DNA of 64,000 nt from Candidatus Multivoradales bacterium (GTDB lineage Bacteria > Acidobacteriota > Thermoanaerobaculia > Multivoradales > Multivoraceae): the NCBI GenBank assembly GCA_965223325.1, contig CBDCWI010000002.1:2240001-2304000 (forward strand). The letters run 5' to 3'. Under the pieces are notes generated by a model. That model ran no database searches. It had not been told where the DNA came from and saw only the letters and a program-made list of their open reading frames with translations. Every line of letters starts with the position of its first letter. The first letter of the stretch is position 1. A program made the translations under genes and the position numbers. This document shows, piece after piece, positions 46,493-56,157 of the stretch.

Positions 46493-48451
46493 ATGCACGA
46501 GCATTCTCATGTCGCAAGCCCCCACAGCCCGCGGCAGGCCCGAATCGTCCTCTCCGCCTTCGTCCTCTTTGCGTTGGCGGCGACCGCTTCGGTGGCGCAG
46601 ATTCACGAAGTCACCGATGAGGTGCGGCGCGCGCGCCTGACGGAGGCCGCTGCTCACCAGCGCATGGTGATGGTGCCGATGCGCGACGGCGTCCATCTTG
46701 CCAGCGAGATCTACACTCCGAAGAACAGCGACGGCCCGTTCCCGGTGATCTTCTGGCGCACGCCCTACAACTTCTCACCACTCGCCGGCTCCAACCCCAG
46801 TCGCCCCAACGCGCTGCTCAAGTTCGCCCTCGATGCCGTCGAGCGCGGCTACGCCTTCGTGGTGCAGAACGAGCGCGGCAAGTTCTTCTCCGAAGGGGAG
46901 TGGGAGATCCTCGGCTTTCCGCGCACCGACGGCTACGACGCTCTGACCTGGCTGGCCGACCAACCCTGGTCGACCGGCAAGGTTGCCACCCTCGGTTGCT
47001 CCTCGACCGCCGAGTGGCAAATGGCGCTCGCCGCCATGAACCACCCCGCCCATGCCGCAGCAGTTCCCATGGCACAGGGCGCCGGCATCGGCCGCATGGG
47101 GCCGTTCTTCGAGCAGGGCAACTTCTTTCGCGGTGGCGCGATCCAGATGCCAATGGCCTCATGGCTCTACGGCACCCAGAACACGCAGCGCCCGACATTC
47201 CCCGACGACACAACGCGCGAAGACCTGATCCGGCTGGCAACCTACTTCGATCTCGCCCCCCGCATGCCGCCGGTGGATTGGAAAAAGGCCTTCTTTCACC
47301 TACCGGTCATCGAGCTCATGGAAGCAATCGGTGGCCCCAAGGGCACCTTCGCCGAGTTCGGCAAGCGCCTGCCGGACGACCCGGCCTGGTACGACGGCGG
47401 GCTCTACCACGACAACGAAGACTTCGGCGTGCCGGCCTTATGGATGAACTCCTGGTACGACCTTTCGGTCGGTCCGAACCTGGCACTGTTTCATCACGCG
47501 CACACCAAAGCCAGCGACGAAGCGGTCCGGAACGGGCAGTACATGGTGATCGCCCCGACCCTGCACTGTGCGATGTACCGCCTCGAGGACCCCACAATGG
47601 TCGGCGACCGCGACATGGGAACCGTCGACTTCGGCCTCGACGAGATGCTGTTCTCGTTTCTCGACCGTTACATGAAAGACGAAGACACCGGCTTCGAGAC
47701 CACCTACGACCGCGTGCGCTACTACGCGATGGGTGAGAACGAGTGGCGCGGCACCAGCGACTGGCCGCCGCCAGAAGCCACCGAGCTGGTGATGTATCTC
47801 GACAGCCAGGGTTCTGCCAACAGCCTGGGAGGCGACGGCGTGCTCACCGGCAACGCTCCCGGCAAGGCGCCCGGGAAAGCCGCCCCGACTGACAGCTTCC
47901 GCTACGACCCGATGAACCCGGTTCCAACCCGCGGCGGCAACTTCTGCTGCCTCGGCGGCGAACCCGAAGGCCCCTTCGACCAGCGGTCGGTCGAAGCGCG
48001 CCACGATGTCCTGGTCTACACCAGCGAGCCGCTCGAAGAACCGCTCGACGTCGCCGGCAACATCCCCGTGACGCTCTATGTGTCCTCCGACGCGCCGGAC
48101 ACCGACTTCACCGTCAAACTGCTCGACGTCTACCCCGATGGGCGGGCGTTCAATCTCGACGACAGCATCCTGCGGGTGCGCTACCGCGAAGGCTTCGACA
48201 AGAAGGTCTTGATGACTGAGGGTGAGGTCTATGAGATCGAGCTCGGGCCTCTCGCCACGGCCAACGTCTTCGGAGTCGGCCACCGCGTACGCGTCGAAGT
48301 GTCGAGCAGCAACTTCCCGCGCTACGACCGCAATCTCAACACCGGCGGCAACAACTATGACGAAGTCGCCGCTAGGACGGCACACAACACCGTCCATCAC
48401 TCGGCGAAGTACCCCTCACGGATCGTTCTGCCGGTGCGCCCGTCGCCGTAG
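46493..48451 (+). CDS. CocE/NonD family serine hydrolase (peptidase S15/PepX_C)
   Basis: VPMRDGV.L...Y.P, RTPYN, RG.F.SEG, DGYD...W...QPWS.GKV...GCSS, WYD, DTDF.VKL.DV.PDG, SSSNFP.Y.RN.N.G. Confidence 0.92.
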   Translation: MHEHSHVASPHSPRQARIVLSAFVLFALAATASVAQIHEVTDEVRRARLTEAAAHQRMVMVPMRDGVHLASEIYTPKNSDGPFPVIFWRTPYNFSPLAGSNPSRPNALLKFALDAVERGYAFVVQNERGKFFSEGEWEILGFPRTDGYDALTWLADQPWSTGKVATLGCSSTAEWQMALAAMNHPAHAAAVPMAQGAGIGRMGPFFEQGNFFRGGAIQMPMASWLYGTQNTQRPTFPDDTTREDLIRLATYFDLAPRMPPVDWKKAFFHLPVIELMEAIGGPKGTFAEFGKRLPDDPAWYDGGLYHDNEDFGVPALWMNSWYDLSVGPNLALFHHAHTKASDEAVRNGQYMVIAPTLHCAMYRLEDPTMVGDRDMGTVDFGLDEMLFSFLDRYMKDEDTGFETTYDRVRYYAMGENEWRGTSDWPPPEATELVMYLDSQGSANSLGGDGVLTGNAPGKAPGKAAPTDSFRYDPMNPVPTRGGNFCCLGGEPEGPFDQRSVEARHDVLVYTSEPLEEPLDVAGNIPVTLYVSSDAPDTDFTVKLLDVYPDGRAFNLDDSILRVRYREGFDKKVLMTEGEVYEIELGPLATANVFGVGHRVRVEVSSSNFPRYDRNLNTGGNNYDEVAARTAHNTVHHSAKYPSRIVLPVRPSP

Positions 48452-48458
48452 CTGAGCA

Positions 48459-49364
48459 CTAGCCAGACGCCACGGGTGCGACTTCGAGTACTTCGGCGGG
48501 AGTTTCTCGACCTGGCAGGCGATCGATGAGGTGGGCGGTGACGACGAGGACCGGCGAGAGTTCCTTGCCGTCGTCTTCCTTCATTTCACCCTTCTCGAAC
48601 GACCGCTTCTTGCCCTTGAGCCTGAGCGCCGCGGTTTGAAGGCAGCCTTGACACTTCCAGGTGTCGACGCTGACGCACCCCGGTGCCGCAGCCGGCATCG
48701 GTAGAGCGGCGAGCAATGCCTCTTCGTTGCCCTGCGCCATCGCCACGAGCTCCTCGCCAGTCTCAGGAACCGCCCAGCGGGCAAAGGATTCGTTGTAGTC
48801 ACACCAAGACGAACAACGCTCACAGAATACGTCGTCGTCGAGCGATGAGCCTGCGACGGCCATGGTGCCGAGAATGATGACCACTGCCTCGATCCCCCAG
48901 ATCGCCCACAGGAACCATCCGCTCGGCGTGAAGCCCCTGATCGAGTACCAGCCCTCGGTCGCGAGACTCGCCCCGAGTTCCCACATCACGACTGGTGACA
49001 GGGCCAGGCCCAGAAGCGTGACCTCGGAGTCTTCTACCGAACGCGAGATCAGCAGGTAGAGAAAGATCGTCCAGGAGACGTAGAAGGCCAGCAATCCAGC
49101 GAGCAGACCCCAGGCGCCGAGTAGGCCGGGCTTGCGGCATCTGGCCGCCTTGCCAGCGCGCCCGATCGCCGAACCGAGAAAGCCGGCGAGCGCCAGCACC
49201 GCGATCACCGAGATCAGGCCGACGATTGGCGAGTAGACGACGAGGTAGGAGTACATGACCGCCAGGATGATGGCGCCGACGATCGCGGTCGGCGGCACCA
49301 GGAGCCACGCCGAACCAGCGTTGCCAGAATGCTCATGGCGTCTCATGGTGTCTTCAGTTTGCAT
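48459..49364 (-). CDS. Membrane protein with C-terminal CxxC...CxxC (possible Zn ribbon), unknown function
   Basis: 4-5 TM segments followed by FCERC and CQGC. Confidence 0.7.
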   Translation of the reverse strand: MQTEDTMRRHEHSGNAGSAWLLVPPTAIVGAIILAVMYSYLVVYSPIVGLISVIAVLALAGFLGSAIGRAGKAARCRKPGLLGAWGLLAGLLAFYVSWTIFLYLLISRSVEDSEVTLLGLALSPVVMWELGASLATEGWYSIRGFTPSGWFLWAIWGIEAVVIILGTMAVAGSSLDDDVFCERCSSWCDYNESFARWAVPETGEELVAMAQGNEEALLAALPMPAAAPGCVSVDTWKCQGCLQTAALRLKGKKRSFEKGEMKEDDGKELSPVLVVTAHLIDRLPGRETPAEVLEVAPVASG

Positions 49365-49429
49365 CGGTGATTCCTCGTTTCATCGCGGGGTTCGCATTGT
49401 ATTGCTATTTTATCTAGATTTTCTCTTAT

Positions 49430-49476
49430 TTGACCCCCCCCCGCTAGTTCGTACAGTTTGTTCAGTCTTGACAAAA
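49430..49476 (+). promoter_or_regulatory. Putative sigma70 promoter of the GbsR-RND operon with a C9 tract and downstream inverted repeat
   Basis: AT-rich upstream stretch, TTGACC (49430-35), 16-nt spacer, TACAGT (49452-57), then the imperfect inverted repeat TTTGTTCA-GTCT-TGACAAA. Confidence 0.5.
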
Positions 49477-49503
49477 CATTCTGACCGTGGGACCGTATCC
49501 ACC

Positions 49504-50022
49504 ATGGCCATGCAAGACCTCGATCCCCTCTCTGAATTCGTCGAGAGCCTCGGTCTCTCCGCCGAGGCCGACGGCCTTCCCCGCATCGCCGGCCGCATTC
49601 TCGGGCTGTTGATCGTCGAGGAGGGCCCCTTCCACTTCGACGACCTCGCCGAACGACTGCAGGTGAGCCGCGGCAGTATCAGCACCAACACGCGCTTGCT
49701 CGAAGAACGCGGCCTGCTCGAGCGTTTCACCGTGCCGGGCGACCGGCGCGACCTTTTCCGGCTGCGGGACGACACCTACACCCGGCTGCTCGAACGCAGC
49801 CTGGAGCGCCTGGAACACATGCACGCGATCATCGATCGCTGTCGCGACCGCATCGACGAGTCGCAGGAACCGGCGTGGGCACGGCTCGGCGCCATGAAGC
49901 GCTTCTATTCGATGGCGATCGAGAACACCAAAGAGATCATCCATCGCTGGCAGGCGAGCCAGGAAGGCGCCGTCCAGGAAAGCACCGCCACCACAGAGAA
50001 CGCTGCAACCGCAGCGCACTGA
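49504..50022 (+). CDS. GbsR/MarR family transcriptional regulator
   Basis: FVE..G......GLPRIAGRI.GLL...LAE.LQVSRGSISTNTRLLE..G..ER...PGDRRD.F. Confidence 0.88.
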   Translation: MAMQDLDPLSEFVESLGLSAEADGLPRIAGRILGLLIVEEGPFHFDDLAERLQVSRGSISTNTRLLEERGLLERFTVPGDRRDLFRLRDDTYTRLLERSLERLEHMHAIIDRCRDRIDESQEPAWARLGAMKRFYSMAIENTKEIIHRWQASQEGAVQESTATTENAATAAH

Positions 50023-50091
50023 TCGTGGTTTGAAGCGAGAGCCCCTTCGCACTCCGATCGATCCCTGACTTCTGGCACCACGAGAACCGTC

Positions 50092-51507
50092 ATGAATGAC
50101 AAGAACGAAACCGAAGCCACTCCCACCGGCAGTAGCTCAAGCCCCCGACCCGCCTGGCGGCGGTACTGGTGGATCTTGCCGATCGCAGCCGCTCTCATCG
50201 TGCTCTTCGTGCGCGCCTTGGGAACGCCCGGCGGCGACGGTCCAACAAGGACCCAGCGCGCCACTCCGGTGCGCGCGGCCGAGATCCAGCGCGGCGGGCT
50301 CAACGTTTTGTCGTCCTATGCCGGCGAACTGACCGGCGAGATCTCTGACATTGCTGCGCAGGTGCCGGGGCTCTTGAAGAGTATTCCAGCGCGCATTGGT
50401 GACCAGGTCAGGCGTGGAGACGTGCTGGCCGTCATCGACGATGTCGACCTGCGCAACCAGTACCTCGAGGCCGAGGGTCAGGTGGGAGTCGCCGAGGCCA
50501 ACGAGCTGCGCTCCGAGGCCGAGCTCGAAAGCGCCGAGGCGGAGCACTACCGCGCTACCGATCTCTACGAGCAAGACCTCTTGAGTGTTCAGGACTACGA
50601 CCGCGTCACGGCGCAACTGGCGAGCAACAAGGCGAATCTGGCGGCAGCGAAAGCACAGAGTGCACAGGCCCGCGCCCGCCTGGCTCTTCTGCGGCGGCAA
50701 CTCGAAGACTCGCGAGTGCTCGCTCCTTTCAACGGTACGGTTGCCGAGCGCTACCTCGACCGTGGCGTTCTGGTACAGCCCGGAACCCCGATTCTGCGCC
50801 TCGCCGAAGATGACTCGCTGCGCTTGCAGTTTCGGGTTCCCGAGCGCGATCTCGGCATTGTCCGGCCTGGAGTCACCTTCACCGCCACCACTGTCGCCAC
50901 CGGCGAGAGCACGTTTACCGGCACGGTACGGCGCGTTGCCGGCGAGGTCTCACGCTCTGATCGCACCGCCCTCGTCGAAGGCGAGCTCACCTCCAGCTCC
51001 GAGATCCTGAAGCCCGGCATGTACGCCCAGGTCGAGGTGCGACTGCGCGAGATTCGCGACGAACTCATCGTGCCCGACTCCTCGGTTCTCGACCGGGTAG
51101 CCGTCGACGGCACCCAGTCGACCGGCATCTTCATCGCTGATCCGAACCCCGAGACGGGCGACGGCGAGCCGGCCGAGAACGACTCGCGACTGGCAATCGC
51201 CAAATGGGTGCCGATCTCGGTCCTCGGAACGGCAGCGGGGAAGACTGCGATTCGCGGCGAGGTCGCCCCTGGGGCACTGGTTCTCACCCTCGGTCACGGA
51301 GACCTGCGCGATGAGGCTGGGGTGAGCATCGTCCAGATCGAGACCTTCGAGCTCGATATCGAGCCGGTCCATTCCGTGCCGATAGGAATCGTGCCGACCA
51401 GCGTTTCGTCTGACCGCTCGCACGACACCGACACCGAGGCCCGAACGACGCGCCGGCCCCTCTACGCAACGGCAGCTCCCGCTGGGTCGATGGCGGTGTC
51501 GCGATGA
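50092..51507 (+). CDS. RND efflux periplasmic adaptor subunit
   Basis: TM helix, I..QV.G......GD.V..G..LA.ID, alpha-hairpin, APF.G.V, LKPGMYA.V. Confidence 0.92.
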   Translation: MNDKNETEATPTGSSSSPRPAWRRYWWILPIAAALIVLFVRALGTPGGDGPTRTQRATPVRAAEIQRGGLNVLSSYAGELTGEISDIAAQVPGLLKSIPARIGDQVRRGDVLAVIDDVDLRNQYLEAEGQVGVAEANELRSEAELESAEAEHYRATDLYEQDLLSVQDYDRVTAQLASNKANLAAAKAQSAQARARLALLRRQLEDSRVLAPFNGTVAERYLDRGVLVQPGTPILRLAEDDSLRLQFRVPERDLGIVRPGVTFTATTVATGESTFTGTVRRVAGEVSRSDRTALVEGELTSSSEILKPGMYAQVEVRLREIRDELIVPDSSVLDRVAVDGTQSTGIFIADPNPETGDGEPAENDSRLAIAKWVPISVLGTAAGKTAIRGEVAPGALVLTLGHGDLRDEAGVSIVQIETFELDIEPVHSVPIGIVPTSVSSDRSHDTDTEARTTRRPLYATAAPAGSMAVSR

Positions 51508-54500
51508 GTGTCTCGAGCGTTGCCGCCAGGCGCCCGGTCGGCACGGCCATGCTCTTTCTGTGCGTGGCGGTTCTCGGAATCGTTGCCTCATCGAAGCTTG
51601 CCGTCGATTTGATGCCCGAGGTCGACATGCCGAGCGTTTCGGTCACCACCAGCTACGACGGCGTTTCACCCGAAGAGATCGAGAGCCTCATCACCCGGCC
51701 GGTCGAACAGGCCTTGTCGACCATCGAAGGGCTCGACGAACTCACCTCGACCTCCTCCGAAGGGACCTCTCGCGTTCAGGCGCGCTTCGCCTGGGGCAAG
51801 GACCTCGAGGCAGCCGTCAACGACATTCGCGAAGCGCTCGACCGGGTGCGCAACGTGCTGCCCGAAGACGCCGACGCTCCGTCGATCTGGAAGTTCAACC
51901 TCTCTGACATGCCGGTGGCCTTTCTCGGCCTGTCCTCCGATGGCGACGTGCGACGAATCCGCTATCTCGCCGACGAGGTTCTCAGCCGGCGCATCGAGCG
52001 CGTCCCAGGTGTCGCCAGTGTCGATGTGCGCGGTGGGCGGGAGCGTGAAGTGCAGGTACTGCTCGACCAGAGCCGGCTCTCGGCGCTTGGCATCACGCCG
52101 CGCGAAGTCGCTTCCGCCCTCGGGCGCGAGAACCGCAACGTCTCGGCCGGCGACATGCTCGAAACCGGACGCGAGGTCTTGATCCGCACGGTCGGCGAGT
52201 ACGAGTCGGTCGAAGAGATCGGTGACGTAGTCGTTGCTACGCGAGAGAACCGCTCGATCTTCGTCCACGACGTGGGCGAGGTACGCGACGCCTTTCGCGA
52301 GATCCAGAATGAGCTGTGGATCGACGGCAAGACCGGCATGCGCATGTTCGTTCGCAAGCAGTCGGGCTCGAACACCGTCAAGGTGGTCGACGAGCTCAAG
52401 AAGGAACTGGCCTCGATCGAACGAGACTACGCCGGCCAGTTCGAGCTCAAGGTGCTCTACGACGGTTCCGAGTTCATTCGCAAGTCGGTCAGAAACGTCG
52501 AGATGGGGGCTCTCTTCGGGGCGCTCCTGGCGGTGATCGTGCTGCTCGTTTTTCTGCGCGACTTCCGTGCCACCGCAGTGATAGCAACCGCCATTCCGAT
52601 CAGCATCCTGGCGACTGTTGCCCTCATGTACTTCAACGGTTTTACCCTGAACGTCGTGTCGCTGGGTGGCATCGCCCTCGGCGTCGGCATGCTGGTCGAC
52701 TCAGCCATCGTGGTGCTCGAGAACATCTATCGCAAGCGTCGCGAGGGACTGGCTGCCCTCTCCGCCGCCATCGAAGGTAGCCGCGAGGTGGGCACGGCCA
52801 TCGTCGCCGGAACCTTGACGACGATTTCGGTCTTCATTCCGGTGGTCTTCATCCAGGGTTTCGCAGGGGTCTTCTTCAAGGAAATGGCCGTGGTAGTCAG
52901 TTTCGCTTTGGTGTGTGCCCTGATCGTCGCCATGACCCTCATCCCGGCCGCCGCCGCCCGGTGGCTCGGGGGTCGCGGCGTCGCGATGGAGAACAGCCGG
53001 TTCTTCGGCAGAATCACTGCCGCGCTGCGCCGCCTCGACCGCTGGTATGGCGAGAAGTTGGCCGTCGTTCTGCGTCAACCCGGCCGCGTTCTCGCCGCCA
53101 GCCTCCTGCTGCTCGCCCTGTCGTTTGCCCTCTTGCCGCTCATCGGTTTCGAGCTCATGCCGGAGAGCGACGAGGGCCGCTTCAGTGTCAACGTCGAGTT
53201 GCCCATTGGAACGCCGGTCGAAACGACGATCCCAGCGATGCAGGAGCTCGAGATGGCCCTCCAGGCGACCCTCGAGCCGGGTGAACTCAGCCACGTCATC
53301 ACCACCGCTGGTCCGGAAAGCTCCTGGCGCCCCGCCTCGGGCAATCAGGGATCGATGGATGTCATGCTGGTTCCGGTCACCGAGCGCGAGCGCGGCCTCG
53401 AGGAAGTTCTCGCCGACGCCCGCGAAGCGACGTCGCAGTACCCGGGCGCCAACGTTCGCATCTACCCCTCGAGCAGCAACATGATGATGCGCATGATGCG
53501 AGGTGGCGGCGAGCGCCTGACGGTCGAGATTCGCGGGCACGACCTCGAGACCGGCAGTCGCCTCGCCGAACGGGTCATGCGCGAGATGAAAGCCATTCCA
53601 GGCGTTCAGCACCCGCGCGTCGACCGCGAGGAAGGCAAGCTCGAGCGCACGCTGCATGTCGACCGTCGTCGGCTGGCCGAGCTTGGCCTCACCGGGGCCG
53701 ACGTCGCCGATACCGTCGAGACCTACGTGCTCGGCCGGGTTGCTACGCGCTACCGCATCGCCGGCGACGAGTACGACGTGCGCCTGCAGCTGCGCCATGA
53801 AGACCGCGCAATGGTCGAGCAGCTTCCGCAGCTACCGATCGTGACACCCTCGGGCCAGGTCGTTCCCCTCGGTGCATTGGCACGAACCGACGAACGCACC
53901 AGCCCCACCTCGATTGCGCGCGAGAACCAGCAACGCATTCTGCGCATCACCGCCGGCATGGGTGAGAGACCCTTCGGTGACGTCGCAGCCGATCTCGAAG
54001 CCGCCCTTCTGCGCATGGAAGTCCCCGACGGCTTCAGTGTCTCGCTCGGTGGCGAGCGCGAAGAGCAGCGCAAGGTCTTCCTCGACCTCTTGATCGGGAT
54101 CGCGTTGGCGCTGTTTCTGGTCTACACCGTGATGGCGGTGCAGTTCGAGTCGCTGCTTCAGCCGTTCATCATCATGACTGCGGTTCCGTTCAGTTTGATT
54201 GGCGTTTTCGCGACCCTGGCGCTCACTGGCACAACCCTCAATATGAACTCGTTCCTGGGTCTCATCGTGCTGGTGGGCATTGTGGTCAACAACGCCATCG
54301 TGCTGGTCGACTACATCAACGTCCTGCGGCGAGAAGAGGGCCTCGAGCTGGTCGACGCCATCACCCGCGCTGGCCGACGTCGCCTGCGCCCGATTTTGAT
54401 GACCACGCTCACCACGGCCCTCGGCCTCTTGCCGATGGCGCTTGGAATCGGCGAAGGCAGCGAGCTCCAGGCACCCCTGGCGCGGGTTGTCGTGGGGGGT

Positions 54501-54638
54501 CTTTTGACCTCGACGGCGCTGACCCTGGTCTTCGTGCCCTGCCTCTATCTGATGATCGAACGGAGGCTCGCATCGCGTCGCGCCCGCACCGAGGTCGATC
54601 TCCGGGGTTTGGCCGGTGGCCAGGTCGCGAGCTCCTGA
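51504..54638 (+). CDS. RND efflux permease (AcrB/MdtB/SwrC-like)
   Basis: [52 protein letters not shown]. 1044 aa. Confidence 0.95.
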   Translation: MSVSSVAARRPVGTAMLFLCVAVLGIVASSKLAVDLMPEVDMPSVSVTTSYDGVSPEEIESLITRPVEQALSTIEGLDELTSTSSEGTSRVQARFAWGKDLEAAVNDIREALDRVRNVLPEDADAPSIWKFNLSDMPVAFLGLSSDGDVRRIRYLADEVLSRRIERVPGVASVDVRGGREREVQVLLDQSRLSALGITPREVASALGRENRNVSAGDMLETGREVLIRTVGEYESVEEIGDVVVATRENRSIFVHDVGEVRDAFREIQNELWIDGKTGMRMFVRKQSGSNTVKVVDELKKELASIERDYAGQFELKVLYDGSEFIRKSVRNVEMGALFGALLAVIVLLVFLRDFRATAVIATAIPISILATVALMYFNGFTLNVVSLGGIALGVGMLVDSAIVVLENIYRKRREGLAALSAAIEGSREVGTAIVAGTLTTISVFIPVVFIQGFAGVFFKEMAVVVSFALVCALIVAMTLIPAAAARWLGGRGVAMENSRFFGRITAALRRLDRWYGEKLAVVLRQPGRVLAASLLLLALSFALLPLIGFELMPESDEGRFSVNVELPIGTPVETTIPAMQELEMALQATLEPGELSHVITTAGPESSWRPASGNQGSMDVMLVPVTERERGLEEVLADAREATSQYPGANVRIYPSSSNMMMRMMRGGGERLTVEIRGHDLETGSRLAERVMREMKAIPGVQHPRVDREEGKLERTLHVDRRRLAELGLTGADVADTVETYVLGRVATRYRIAGDEYDVRLQLRHEDRAMVEQLPQLPIVTPSGQVVPLGALARTDERTSPTSIARENQQRILRITAGMGERPFGDVAADLEAALLRMEVPDGFSVSLGGEREEQRKVFLDLLIGIALALFLVYTVMAVQFESLLQPFIIMTAVPFSLIGVFATLALTGTTLNMNSFLGLIVLVGIVVNNAIVLVDYINVLRREEGLELVDAITRAGRRRLRPILMTTLTTALGLLPMALGIGEGSELQAPLARVVVGGLLTSTALTLVFVPCLYLMIERRLASRRARTEVDLRGLAGGQVASS

Positions 54639-54657
54639 TCATGAAGCGGCAGAAGAC

Positions 54658-55476
54658 CTAACGACCCCTGAACACCGGCCTGCGCTTCTCGAGAAACGCC
54701 GTTCTCCCCTCACGATAGTCGTCGCTCTCGAAACAGCGAGTGATGAGCGCTTGAACCTCGTCACCGCTCGGAGCCCGCAGAACTCCCGATGCAGCACGGA
54801 TTGCGGCCTTTGCTGCGCGCACCGTGAGCGGTGCGTTATCGGCGATCTGGGATGCCAGCTCGGTCGTCGCGTCGACAAGGCCCGCCTTTGGAACGACGCG
54901 ATCGACCAGACCCATGTGCAGTGCTTTCGCTGCATCGAACGAACGGCCGCTGAAAAGGATCTCGCGCGCCGCCGAGGGGCTTACCTGGCGCAGCAGCCTC
55001 TCGACTCCATCGTAACCGTAGGCCAGACCGAGGCGCGCAGCGGGGATCGAAAAACGGGCGTCATCGGAGGCGATCCGAATGTCAGCGTGTAGCGCCGTGG
55101 CCAGACCGCCGCCGAAACAGATCCCGGCAATCATCGCCAGCACCGGCTTCTCGAAGACATCGAAGGCCGCCGTCGCAAGACCCCAACTCTGGTCAAAGTC
55201 AGCACGCGGCGCCGGCCCGTTTCGATGGTCCTCGAACTCGGAGATATCGGCACCCGAAGCAAAGGCCTCGTCCCCGGCTCCTCGCATCACGACCACGCGT
55301 ACCGCGTCGCTCTCGGCGAACGCATCGAGCACGCCGGGCAGCGCCGCCTGCATGCCGACCGAAAGGGCGTTCTTCTTCTCCGGCTGGTCGAAGATGATCC
55401 AGCCGACGCCCTCGTGAACGAGAGCCCGCAGCCGGGCGCACCCGGTCTGCAGTTCGGCTGGCGTTCTTTCGACCAT
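54658..55476 (-). CDS. Enoyl-CoA hydratase/isomerase (crotonase) family protein
   Basis: P.KKNAL, AFASGADISEF, KP.LA.I.G.CFGGG, D.RIA, P.ARLG, S.DY.EG..AFLEKR.P.F.G. Confidence 0.9.
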   Translation of the reverse strand: MVERTPAELQTGCARLRALVHEGVGWIIFDQPEKKNALSVGMQAALPGVLDAFAESDAVRVVVMRGAGDEAFASGADISEFEDHRNGPAPRADFDQSWGLATAAFDVFEKPVLAMIAGICFGGGLATALHADIRIASDDARFSIPAARLGLAYGYDGVERLLRQVSPSAAREILFSGRSFDAAKALHMGLVDRVVPKAGLVDATTELASQIADNAPLTVRAAKAAIRAASGVLRAPSGDEVQALITRCFESDDYREGRTAFLEKRRPVFRGR

Positions 55477-55567
55477 AGATCTAGAGCCTACCGCTGGCGT
55501 TGGACCGGCCGCACCGGCCCTCCGGGTGGGCAGGGCCGCGACGGTGCCTGCGCTATTCTTGCCGCGC

Positions 55568-56134
55568 ATGGCCGAGATCACGCAGCTTCTACATGAATGG
55601 GCAGACGGCGACGCCGAGGCCTTTGACCAGGTGATCCCGCTGGTCTATGAAGAGCTCCGCAAGATCGCCCGCAGGCAGCTGCGCGGACGCGGCGGAAGCC
55701 TTGACACGACAGGGCTGGTGCACGAGCTTTACCTGAAGATCGCCGCGCAGGCACCCAACCTCAACAACAGCGAGCACCTGATGGCCCTGTCGTCTCGGGC
55801 AATGCGCCACCTCCTGGTCAGCCGGGCGCGTAAGCGCACGGCCGACAAACGCGGCGGCCAGGCCAGGCCCGTTTCCCTGGACGAGATCCACGCCACGGTG
55901 GAGGCCCAGGCTGAATGGATGGTTGACCTCGACCGAGCGCTCGAAGGACTTCGCGAGCACGACGAACGCCTGGTGCAAACCTTCGAATGCCGCTACTTCG
56001 GTGGCCTCAGTGAAGCAGAAACGGCCAAGGCTCTTGGTACCTCGCTGCGCACCAGCCAACGCGACTGGCACCGTGCACGTGCCTGGCTGCGCGCCGCACT
56101 CGCGAGCGACGAAAAAGGCGGCAAGAAGACCTAG
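55568..56134 (+). CDS. ECF sigma factor of the kinase-associated (TIGR02999-like) type
   Basis: ITQLL..W..GD..A...IPLVY.ELR.IAR, LDTTGLVHE.YL, AMR..LV..AR...A.KRGG, LD.AL..L, CRYF.GL...ETA..LG.S.RT..RDW..ARAWL. Confidence 0.9.
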   Translation: MAEITQLLHEWADGDAEAFDQVIPLVYEELRKIARRQLRGRGGSLDTTGLVHELYLKIAAQAPNLNNSEHLMALSSRAMRHLLVSRARKRTADKRGGQARPVSLDEIHATVEAQAEWMVDLDRALEGLREHDERLVQTFECRYFGGLSEAETAKALGTSLRTSQRDWHRARAWLRAALASDEKGGKKT

Positions 56135-56157
56135 GCGAACGTCGTCCGCCGCCAAAC

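Noticed and set aside
50092-54638. RND operon lacking a TolC-like outer membrane channel
   Set aside because: A common arrangement; the channel is usually encoded elsewhere.
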